Shown here: piece after piece, positions 50,110 to 61,224 of the stretch
How the letters are laid out: each line of letters begins with the position of its first letter
Position numbering within the stretch: position 1 is the first letter of the stretch
Source: the human T2T-CHM13v2.0 reference genome, Homo sapiens
Length of the DNA stretch: 64,000 nt
Assembly: GCF_009914755.1 (NCBI RefSeq)
Contig: NC_060935.1
Direction: 5' to 3' (one strand)
Notes under the pieces: model-generated
Databases searched by the model: none
What the model was told of the DNA's origin: nothing
Seen by the model: the letters and a program-made list of their open reading frames with translations, nothing else
Program-made: the position numbers and the translations under genes

Positions 50110-51499
50110 TCAAAATTTGACATAGGATATCCAGACTCAGAACATCTTAGAGTGGGAAGGAGCTCAAGAAGTAATCTCATCTTATCCAATCTCCCATATA
50201 CAGGAAGAATGCCTTCCAATACATTCTAGACAGGTAGACTTTCACTTCTTATCAACACCCACCAACCACAGCTCTTGAACCAGCCTGCACAGCTTCAAAG
50301 AGAAGTGAATCACAGACAGCTGGTGCACAGAGGAAGCCTGAAGGCTGGGGTCAGTGTAGGGGGAAATTAGGGCGGACAAAAGAACTTGATATGCGATTTA
50401 CTCAGCAGAGCCTTTTTATGCATGTCTACATGGACAATTGTGAATAAAGCCAGAGGCAGGCAGAGTTTGAGAAATTTGTATCAGCCCATTCCAATCATTT
50501 GCTGGTCTTTTAGTGACACTGTGATAAACTGGATTATTTTTCAGTATATTTCTCAGCCCCACGGGTGTTGGATTTGCCCGTGCGACTTGTTCAGGCCAAA
50601 GGAATGTGGCCAGAGCTAACTGTGTAACAGTTCTGAGTCTAGGCTTTCAGACATCTGGTGTGTTTCTGCTCCCTCCTGTGTGCTCATGCCATTCATGCCA
50701 TCCCCAGGTGGCCTCATTTTTAAGGAGGATGAGAGAAAATGGACTAGACCTGAACCCGGCCCACATCCTGGGACCAAGTTTACCTAACATGCCTCCTGAA
50801 GCAGAGATGCCCAAACCACCCCCACAAACACAGGAGTGAGAAAATAATTGATGCTTATTATTGTAAGCCACTGAGCCTTGGGGCAATTTGTTATGTAGCG
50901 TTACTGTAGCAACAGCTGACTAGCACAGACTTGTCCATGAATTGGACATCTGCTGTTTTTGTCCCTCATCTTCCATGCACCTTTCCTCTCTTCACCACCA
51001 CTGGATACCCTCTGGAAACCACCTCCTGTCAATCTCTTGGTCCCTTACTTTGGGTAGGGCTCCACCCCAGGCTCAGGGCCTTAGAACTAAGTTTATGGAG
51101 CACCACAGTTCCCTGACCAACATAACTGGTTCAGGAGAGACCCATGTCCAAAGAAATTGTTGCCAGGGATGCTGGAAGAGGCAAAGACTCTCCTAGTGGA
51201 CTTGAATCCAGGAGGGTGTAAGATTGGAAGTTCTGTAACTATCTTACAACCAGACTGAAGGAGTCTACCTGGGAATAGAGCTTGCCAAGAAGAAAGCAGA
51301 GCCTAGATATAGAGAGAAAGAGAAAAACCAGGTGTCTATTTTAAGCCCCTATATGAAGCCATGCCTGAAGCTAACTCTGCCCCATGAATTTCACAGTTGT
51401 GTGACCTGAAGAAAAAAAAAATTACCTTAACTTAAGCCACTTAGACTGGACTTTCAGTCACTTGAGGCTGAAAGATCCCCGACTCTCTTAAAATGCTTG

Positions 51500-51752
51500 T
51501 GGGGTGGGGTGAGGGGGGAGGGATAGCATTACGAGATATACCTAATGCTAAATGATGAGTTAATGGGTGCAGCACACCAGCATGGCACATGTATACATAC
51601 GTAACTAATGTGCACATTGTGCAAATTTACCCTAAAACTTAAAGTATAATAATAATAAAATAAATAAATAAATAAATACATCAAAAAAGTAGAAAGTTAC
51701 AAATACAATAATAATAAAATTTAAAAAAAAAAGAAGTTAGAAAAGAAAAAAA
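51500..51752 (+). mobile_element. 5'-truncated L1PA2/PA3-like 3' end with complex tail
   Basis: L1 3' UTR terminus; TSD aaaa(t/c)gcttg (51490-51499 / 51753-51762). Confidence 0.92.
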
Positions 51753-51984
51753 AAAACGCTTGCCTTTCAACTAACCAACCCGTTAAGAAATCTTTCTGGG
51801 GCAACTCTTGTACCCAGAGAACCAGCGTATACAAAACAGGGAAAAGTACACACCTAGCCCTTAAAATATAATAAAGGAAAAGCCTAACAACTATAAAAAG
51901 GCTTAATTAATAGCCCAGGAATCAATAACACGTATTTGTTCCCACTTAGCAGCACTTGAAGGGATGGTCTGCCACCAAGGTTTC

Positions 51985-52355
51985 TGATGTGGTTTGGCTG
52001 TGTTCCCACCCAAATCTCATCTTGAATCGTAGTTCCCATAACCCTCATGGTCGTGGGAGGGACTCAATGAGAGGTAATTGAATCATGGGGGTGATTACCT
52101 CCACGCTGTTCTCATGATAGTGAGTGAGTTCTCACAAGATCTGATGGCTTTATAAGGGGCTTTCACCGCCTTTGCTCTGAGCTTCTTGTTGCTGCCACGT
52201 GAAGAAGGACATGCTTACTTCACCTTCCGTCATGGTTGTAAATTTCTTGAATCCTCCCTGGGCCTGCAGAACTGTGAGTCAATTTAACCTCTTTTCTTTA
52301 TAAATTACCCAGTCTTGGATATTTCTTCATATCAGTGTGAGAATGGACTAATACA
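51985..52355 (+). mobile_element. THE1-type MaLR solo LTR
   Basis: tgatgtggtttggctgtgttcccacccaaatctcatcttgaa...gagaatggactaataca. Confidence 0.88.
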
Positions 52356-53056
52356 ACATCTTGGTCAAGCAGTGCCCCTCTTTTGATACCTAAGGCAGGA
52401 CAGAAAGTGAAGAGGGTAGGAATGAGGTCTTTCTTGGCAAGGCTCACCAGGAGAGACAGGTTGTGTTGCTGAGACCCAGACAGCCATCAGAACCTTCCGG
52501 AGACATCCCCTCAAAGTTCTCCATGAAGATGGGTTGACATCTTAGAATACTTGACACCTGCTGCAGTCACTCACATATTCCCCAGTCCCCATACGTAGCC
52601 ATCCAAACCCAACACTGGCAAGTCTCTAAGGCCTCAAGGATTAGAATATCATGGGAACCTGTTAATTATTTTGTCCTTTAAAAAATTATCTCCACCAAAG
52701 ATATTCCAGTATTCATGGAGGACAAGCCTTTTGGGGCAACTTGGGTCCATTTTCTCTGGGAAGAAGTACAACAACCAGCATCCTCTCCCTGTGACAACTC
52801 TTGAAACAGGGCCAAGGGCAAGCTCTTAAAAAGGGATTCAAACATGGCAAGGGAGGGTGGATAAAGAAGGTTTCCCTACACTATATGGACTTAGGGAGAT
52901 GACTGGCTTGTCTTGAATGTACCAGGCAGTTTTATACCTCCATGATGTGGCCCATAAGGTTCCCTCTGCAGGAATAACCTCCCTGCCTCATCTGCTTTTC
53001 TGCTCCAGTTCTAATCCGCTTTTGCAATCACCCAAGCATCACTTCCTCTGGGACTC

Positions 53057-53445
53057 TGTAGCAGGCTGTATTATGGGCCAAGATATTCACCACCCCTTCC
53101 CACTGGCCTGACCCTGTGGAAGGATTATACTTCTTGCTCCATTTACAGCAGACCTAATCACATGACTTCCTTAGCCAATGAAACCTGAGAGGAGTGACAC
53201 ATGCCACTTTGCAGCAGAAGCCATTGTTTGGCTCTACCATTTTCATTTTCCCTCTGCCAAGAGACCATGGAGGAACTACACCTTTACCCTTGGTTCCAGA
53301 ATGAAGAGAGTTTAAGGCAGAACCTCAGGAGACATCTGGTGGACATGAATGTCAGAAAGATAAAAGCTTTATTGGTTTTTAGTCACTGAGATGTTAGAGT
53401 CATTTGTTACTGCAGCATCCTGTAGCCCACGCCGACTGATAGACT
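53057..53445 (+). mobile_element. Old MLT1 LTR
   Basis: catgacttccttagccaatgaaa...gtcactgagatgtt...tttgttactgcagca...gactgata. Confidence 0.55.
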
Positions 53446-54739
53446 AACCTGGGTGGATTTCAGCAGCTTCTTCCCTTATGTTCTCATTGCACCTCATGTG
53501 CAATCCAGTTATACCGATTACCTCACTGTGATGTAATCATTTACTGTCTTCTCCCCCACATCAGAGTCCAGGTCATCTCTGTTATGTTCCCCCAGTGCTT
53601 TGCACAAGGCATGGAACACAGGAGGCCCTCAAAAATGGGAATGAATAAATGGCCAGAGAATCCTAAAGCTCTGCCCTGTCCTTTCTTCCCCAAGGAGTGT
53701 CGCCCTCTCCTGAGGCTCTCTGCACATAAATCCCTGTCTTCAAGATGACATTAGGTGACAAAATCAACTCAAGTCAAAAAACAAGTTGCTAACCTTTATG
53801 AAACAGCTGTCGTAACAGGAATTCTGAGATGACAGTGTGGCATGGAAGGTACTACAGGGTTTTCTGAAGGACGTCCTGAAATTCCTAATGTTGCAGGCAA
53901 CCAGATTCAACATATCCATTAGGAGGGACCTGGGGAATGCAGCTATCTGCCCGGACTTCTCCTTAGGGGCTGATGGATCTTGTCTGCAAGGCAGTTTTGA
54001 AGCCTCCCCAGGTCATGCTCCTACATAGCCTCTACTGCTGCAGCCTACAGTTCTCAGCACAGAGCTCAGAAGTCCAGCCCTGCAGCCTCTCTCCTGGTGA
54101 GACCTCAGCCCAGGCGACTGCCTCCTGGAAGAGGGCCACAGGTCTGTCTCCCAACCCCAGGCTGGAGGAGGGACGAAGTGCCTCTCACCCAGTCCCTCCA
54201 TCAGAGGAGTGAGCAGATACCCTCTAGGGCAGTGTGGAATCACCGGGAGGGCACTCCGTGGCTGAGTAGTCTTGCTTTTCATAATATTTGTTTTCTCACC
54301 CTACCTCTCTCTCCGTGTGTGTCCAACACACACTGCCTTATCTCGAACCCTGCGTCAGGAGCACTGCATCCCAGGGGAGGGAGCCCCAGGGCCAAGCCTT
54401 GCTGCCCAGTTACCAGGGACAGCGAGTGGGTCTTCTGGGTGCTAAGTGGAAGCAAACCACAATATTTACCCCGGGGGCGGACACGTGCTGGGTGATCTAC
54501 ACGGTAAGGGTGGAAATGAGCTGGTGTTTGGGCTCCATCTCCTCCTGCACAGTTCCTGTTTGTTTTTCCACTGCCCTGTTCCAAGAAGGGGTACAGGATG
54601 GGGCCGTGTGGACAGTCTGTCTGCAGCCGCACTACGGCCCTCCATGTCAGCACCCAGGTGGACTCGGGAGGCGTGGGTGTCAAGGCCCAGGGGAAGATGG
54701 GCGCTTTCCATGCCTCGAAAACAACCAGGTGCAGGATGG

Positions 54740-55730
54740 AGACACAGGACTGAATCGCGGAGAGGTGCATCGCAGGGCACAGCGACTGGGCCGGGAGCGA
54801 CCTGGCTCTCGGAAGCCGGGCAGGGTGGGGGAGGGGGCAGGTAAGTGGGTTGCCTGGCAACCCGGCAGACCCGCGGGTGGACAAGCTCAAGGGGCAGCCA
54901 GGTGCCACCCGCCCCACCCCCGAGCACACGCTGCGGAATTCTGACGGCACGAAGCAGAGTCACGAGCGCAGCCGGAGCAGTCGAGCGGGCAGGACACCGT
55001 CAGTGCCGGGAGAACACGCGCGCGTGGGTGGATGGCGGGAGGGTCCTCACAGCCAGCCGCACCACCCCCCTCCCCCCCACATCCCGCAACCTGGCTTCTC
55101 CTCGCTCTAAATCTAGGGGAACAAAAACCCGGCGCGTCTGGGACAGCCTCTAGAGAGACTGGGGAGGGGGCTTCCCCGGGGTGGGGGGGGCATCGCGCAG
55201 CCCTAGGCGCCCGCCCCTCCGGCCTAAGCAGGGTTCCTCCCCACCTTCCTTCTCCTCGCCGCCCCACCCTCCCGCGCCCTTCTCTTCCCCCAGCTCGGGC
55301 TCCCTGGGCTCCGAGGCTTCGCCCCCGCGCGGGAGCTCTCGGGGCGAGGGCGGTGCGCAGCGGTGCGGGGGCAGAGGTGATGCTGGGCGGGGCGGGGCGG
55401 GGCGGCACGGGGAGGGAGCGGGCGGGGCGGGGCCGCGCTGCTACGTAAGCAGCCGCGAGAGGGGATCCTGGGTGCAGGCCCCGCCCCCTCACGTGCCCTG
55501 GGCGCAGGGCCTCGTGCTGCCCGCGTGACCTGCAGGCGCGGCGCTGCCACCGCCTCTGCTTCTGCTTGGCTTCCACGCGTGGGAGGGAGCCCGTGGCGAC
55601 GGGGGCGGCTGGCTTGTGGAGGCTGCGGGAAAGTCTTCCTCGGCGGCCGCGTCCCTGTCCCAGGCCTTGGTACCCTGGCCGTTCTCCGCCCGGGACTTGG
55701 GGGTGCTGAGTGGGCATGCGGGTGTGCAGA
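54740..55730. promoter_or_regulatory. CpG island with clustered GC boxes and an E-box (orphan promoter/enhancer)
   Basis: Very GC- and CpG-rich, non-repetitive. GGGCGG boxes at 55385, 55390, 55395, 55400, 55420 and 55425; TCACGTG at 55489-55495. Confidence 0.85.
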
Positions 55731-56340
55731 GCTCTGTGCTCTCCTGGATTTGAGAAAAGGAGGTCTCCTATTCCTACCCTCTGTGCTCTTGCATTCCACG
55801 CATGGGAGGAGGAGGAGGCAGAGTAAGGGGGTTCTTCCCCAAGGGATGAGGCGGTTCAAATTTAAACCTAAGTTTGGGAGGGAGGTGCGGAAGAGCTTTT
55901 GAAATTGAAGGGTGGAGTCCCCACAGCGGTCCGTTCAGCCTCCATTACTGTGCCTGTGACCTTTGGGTCAGGAGCCCTGTTTTACTGCAACCTGGGCCCA
56001 GCTCAGCACCCAGCTAAGGGCATGAGCAAGAATCCAGCGTCCTTCATGGTTCCTTGGTGGGTGCCTTACTGATTCCCTCAGCCTCCCATTTCCCCTTCTA
56101 GAAATGGCAGGCAGAGCATTTGGAAAGCAGCAGTGAGAGATGGAGACCACCGGACAGGCCAAGCACCAAATTGGGTGTCCCCAGCAACAGAATAGGAAAC
56201 CCATTATCTGTGCCTTTGCAATGTGTCCTTAAGTGACTCATTTGCCTGCAAGGTGTCAGGTGCTGAGGTAGTCCACAAAGCCTGTTGCTGTCTGCAAACT
56301 TGTGTCTCTACTAGTTGTTATTTCCAATAGCTGGCAAAAT

Positions 56341-57049
56341 CGAAACCGCCTTTGCAAAAATTATAACAAAATTATTACAGTGAAGGGCATCTGACCTAAC
56401 TGACTCTATCTTGCTTGTAACCTCCAAGCTGTCCCTTGTTCATTCCTGGGCGTAGGCTGAACTAACTTTGGGAGGAACTTACAGTTTCACTTTGAAACAA
56501 AGATGGTAACAGCCCTTTCACAATACAAACCCCCGTCTTGCCTGGGGAACAGACTGCCTTTGTAGTATTAACAAATTAGCCATAGGATTAGAGATTATGG
56601 TTTAGGAGTCATGTAGCTGGAGGCCACAAGATTCTAAGCCTCCCCAGTTGCTCCTAGGGATAGCATCACTATTGGAAAACCTGAGATTGGTGCTGAAGAT
56701 ATTTTTCAGACCCTGCAGTTGATGGATCAGCTGGCGTCACCCAGATTGAGAAACTGGCTGGCTGGTCCTGTGGCCCCTACCCAGGAATCTGCTTAGCGCA
56801 AGAGGACCACTTGGAGGCTCTGTGATTTTGTCTCTGACCAAACCAATCAGCACTCCCCACTCCCTGGCCCTCTACCCATCAAATTATCCTTTAAAAACAC
56901 TAGTCTGGAATTTTCAGAGAGACTGATTTGAGTAATAATAAAACTCTCTTCTCCCGATCAGCCAGCTCTGCGTGAATTATTGCAATTCCTCCGTTGATAA
57001 ATCTGTTCTATCTGGGAAGTGGGTAAAATGAACCTATTGGGCGGTTACC
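56341..57049 (+). mobile_element. LTR8-family (LTR8A/B-like) ERV1 solo LTR
   Basis: gaaaccgcctttgcaaaaattataac...taacctccaagctgtcc.ttgttcattcctgggcgtaggctgaactaactttgggagg...gaacc.attgggcggttac. Confidence 0.85.
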
Positions 57050-58394
57050 AAGTCGAGGTGGAGGGCTGCCTGGGACAAGCACTCCAGAGTAGAATCCCCT
57101 AAAGTAAACCCTCTCCATGAAAAGCCATATAGGGTGTGGCAGACAGCCTGGATTAGGGAGCTGGGGAAGCCACCCGCCAACCAAATACCGAGCACTGGGG
57201 GAGGGGCAAGGTGCGAGGCAGACTGGGGAGGACATGGAATCCGATGGAATCTGACCCAGGCCATTCCCTGTCTCCCTGAGGGAAATCAGAGACTTGGTGC
57301 TTTTACTTTTACAGGGATCCTATTCCCAAGGCAAGGGTTATTCCCCTTAGGATAGTTCCAAGGAAGGCAAAACCTAAGTGTGTTCATTGCTGGGATGGCC
57401 AGGAAGTGGAGTAATAGGAAGAGAGTTGGAGGCAGGAAGTGGGTCCTTTTGGCTTTGTGTCTGGATTTCAGTGTGTCTGGACAAGTGCCTTTCTACCCTT
57501 GGCTTTCCAAACTCACTTATGAGGAATGGGAATGGTCAGTTTAATGGCTATTGAGTGCCTGACACTGTGGAGAGAACAAAGGGAGTGCCAGGTGATGTCC
57601 CTGACCGACAGGAATTTCTGTCTCATGGGAGAAGGCCTATATTCTGGAAATACTTAACAAAATGTCAGTGGGTCTGTGAGGTTAAGAGCCAACGTGAGAA
57701 GTGTAGACAAGTGCTTTGATAGAAAGGAGAGAGCGATAGAGGCCAAGGAGCCAAAGAAGGGGGAAGATCTGGATAAATGGAGAGGAGCTTTGGGTGCTGA
57801 GAACTGCATGAGCAAAGGCAGAGAGGAAGGAGTGTTTCTGGCTAGTCCACTGGTCAGGAAGAAAGCTGGTTTGGCTGGAACAAAGGGTGCAGGATCTGAG
57901 AAGGCCAAAGATCTGCTTGACGAATGAGTCTACTGAGGCCCAAAGCAGAGGCTTCCAGGTTCCCCTTCAGCCCCAGTTACCCAGAACTTTGTAAAGCTCA
58001 GTGCTGATCACATAAAACCATCCTCAGAAACATGCAGTGGCTCTCCGTTGCCCAAATGCTATCATGGCACACAAGGCCCATAATAACTTATCCTAAACCT
58101 ACCAGGTCAGCTATATTCCTGTTCTACACTTTCAGGCCCACCATATCCACCGAATTACCTCTGGGCCCTGAATATGCCCTCTACTTTCCCTCTTTTTTGC
58201 CTTCAATTGCATGCTTTTCCCTTTTTTTGGAAAGTTCTCTCCTCCCTCACCATTTCTGCCCACTCATCCTTGAAAACACAGCTCAAGTGCCAGCTCATCC
58301 CCCAGCCAGATGTAATTTTCATCTGAGTTTCCACAACATCGTGTACTCTATCTTGGCACCTCACGTTCCATGTTGTATTATGGATATGCAGAGA

Positions 58395-59140
58395 CATCAT
58401 CCTTCAAAGTAGATACTGCTAATTGGACCACTTCTCACCACCTCCATCACTGTCAGCCTATTCCACGCCACCATCATCTCTTGTCTGGACTGCTGGGATG
58501 GCCTCCTGATCAGCCCCATTGTTTCCTTCTCGCCCTCTTTAGTCACTTCTCTCCGGAGCAGCAGAGTGATCCTTTTAAAACATAGATTATGTCACTCTCC
58601 TGCTCAAAACCCTACAATGGTTTCTCATCACATTCAGATGTTATTCAAGACTTAGTATGAAGGTCAAGACCTACGTTATCTGGCCCTGTCTACCTCTCAG
58701 ACACCTACCACCCTCTGCTTTGCTCACTAAGCTCTGGTCACTCTGTCCTTCTTCCTCTTTCCACACTATTCCAAGCTTATTTCTTCCTCAGAGTCTATGC
58801 ACTTGCTGGTCCCTATAAATGAAGTGCATTTCTTTTAGAATTTACATGGCTCATTCCCTCGCTTCATTCCTGTCTTGGGTCAAATATTTTCTCAGAGAAG
58901 CATTCTCTGACTACCTTATCTAGAATATGTCTTCTACCAGACACTCTCCACTCCCCTTTTCTCTAGAGCCATTACCACTGTCTGAACCATATTATACTTA
59001 TTTGGTTATTTATTTGTTTATTGCCTGTCGCTACCATAAGAAGTTAAGCTTTGTGATGTCAGGAACTCCTGTCTTGTTGACTGATGTAGAACGTTCGTCA
59101 CACATACTAGGTACTCAGTTTTATAAAGGAGTGAATGAAT
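58395..59140 (-). mobile_element. L2 fragment
   Basis: gcagagtgatccttttaaaacat...tcactctcctgctcaaaaccct.caatgg. Strand is approximate. Confidence 0.6.
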
Positions 59141-59561
59141 CTAAGCTCTGCTACTAAACTATACGTTCTTTGAGGGCAAGCACCATGTTTTATACATTTG
59201 AGTCCCCTTTTCCAAGTCCTAGTTTCTTATACCTAAGTCCACTCAAATGCTTGTCTGAATTTCAGATTCTGCAGAGAAAACCCCCAGCTGCTTTTCTCCC
59301 ATTAATGTAATTATACCTGTTTAAAAGACATCAGGAAATGGTCTTTACCTATCCTGTCACCTCCAGAGATGACTCAGTCTTCATCACATTGATCCCTGGC
59401 AAGTCTACCAGATCACAGCTTCTCCAGTTGTGGATCTCAGGCCATTAAGGGGTTGTGACCTACATTTTTTGATGACATAGAACAAATGAGAAAATAGCAG
59501 AGTGCATTGCAGGTTTTAAGGATAACTATTACTTTTTTCTGTTGTGGGTATCATCAGGTCA

Positions 59562-59951
<390 letters not shown>

Positions 59952-59994
59952 TTATTTTATAGAATACATACTTATACTCTTAATATTAATATTT

Positions 59995-60230
59995 AAATAG
60001 CTAGCATTTATTGCAGGTTATTTTTGTGCTGGGCACCTGTGTTACACTGTTTCACATACATTATCTTACAGTCCTCATTACAGTTCTAAGAGGAGGGGCT
60101 TATTATAATTCTTATTATTTTCATTTTACAGAGGAGGAAACTGAGGCTTAGAGAAATTAAGTAATTTGCCCATGATCACAAAGCTGGTAAACAGCTAAGT
60201 GGAAGGCCCACTTCCAGAGCTTTCCTTACC
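59995..60230. mobile_element. MIR
   Basis: cattttacagaggaggaaactgaggcttagaga.attaagtaatttgccca.gatcaca. Confidence 0.7.
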
Positions 60231-61189
60231 TGCTAGTGAGCAATCTCTCCAGCAGCATCTATTCTTTAATTTCATGTTCTGAACTGAAAAAGCCCCCACA
60301 GCCTTGTTTTATGTCAATAAACACTACTTACCCAGCATTCTGATGGGAGATTTTTTTTTTTTTTTTAGGTTGCCGGTAGGCACCACTGAGGCAAATGGAC
60401 TGTTGTCCTGTTAAGAGTTCCACAGACCTAGAGAGTCTGGGAATCACGGGTCTCAATGTATTCACACTAGTCCAGAACTTGAAGAGACCTGGAACTGCAG
60501 CTGCTCGGGGGCCACCTGACAGAAGCTGTGGTTTTCACAGAAGGACACAGCCACAGACAGCCCATAGCTTGGCAGGGAGGAAGGTGGGGAATAAATACCC
60601 TGCCATGCCTTCCTCCCATCTTTGGATTTCCCTCTCAGGGCCCCCATTGGCTGAACCAGGGATCAGGAGAGTCTGTTAATGCAGTCCCTAGAGGTCAACC
60701 TCTCAGAACAGAGTGGAGTGAGTGCAGCGTGGATATGGAGGGCAAATGCACAGCCCCCCCGCTTACCATCCTCAGCACCAGTACAGATTAACACGAATTC
60801 CCAAGGCCTTCGAATGCCAAGCCTTGGCTGCCGCAGTACCTCACAGCTCACCACAACTCTCACCTCTCCCTTGAGGACAACATCTGAACGGGCCAGGTGG
60901 GGCATTGTGCAGGCTTGGGCCACACTGCAAGCCCCTCCCTTGGCCCTGTCTTTATTCACTGGGCTGCCAAGTGAGGAAAACCAGGCCAGAAAAAGAACCA
61001 GCCCCCCTCATCCACCTAGGCATTTGCAGCTCTGCCAGCACTTCGGCATCTTGTCCGTGATCTAATCATGCACGAGGTCAGGGGGTTTTTATACAGTCTA
61101 GGGATTTGACTGTGAATGGCAGAAATTTCTTCCTACCAGGATTTTGCACGCTTCCGAGCTGAAACCTCCTGGAGCAAGGAAGCAGGGCA

Positions 61190-61191
<2 letters not shown>

Positions 61192-61223
<32 letters not shown>
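61192..61223. repeat. (GT)16 microsatellite
   Basis: Perfect dinucleotide run. Confidence 0.95.

Positions 61224-61224
<1 letters not shown>

Noticed and set aside
54279-55902. Long overlapping ORFs (up to 276 aa) on both strands
   Set aside because: They lie in and beside the CpG island, where stop codons are rare. The products are low-complexity Pro/Arg/Gly/Ala strings with no recognisable domain.
56142-56160. REST/NRSE-like sequence gagaccaccggacaggcc (also tcagcaccagtacag near 60772)
   Set aside because: The half-site spacing and sequence deviate from TTCAGCACCACGGACAGCGCC, so it is too weak to call.
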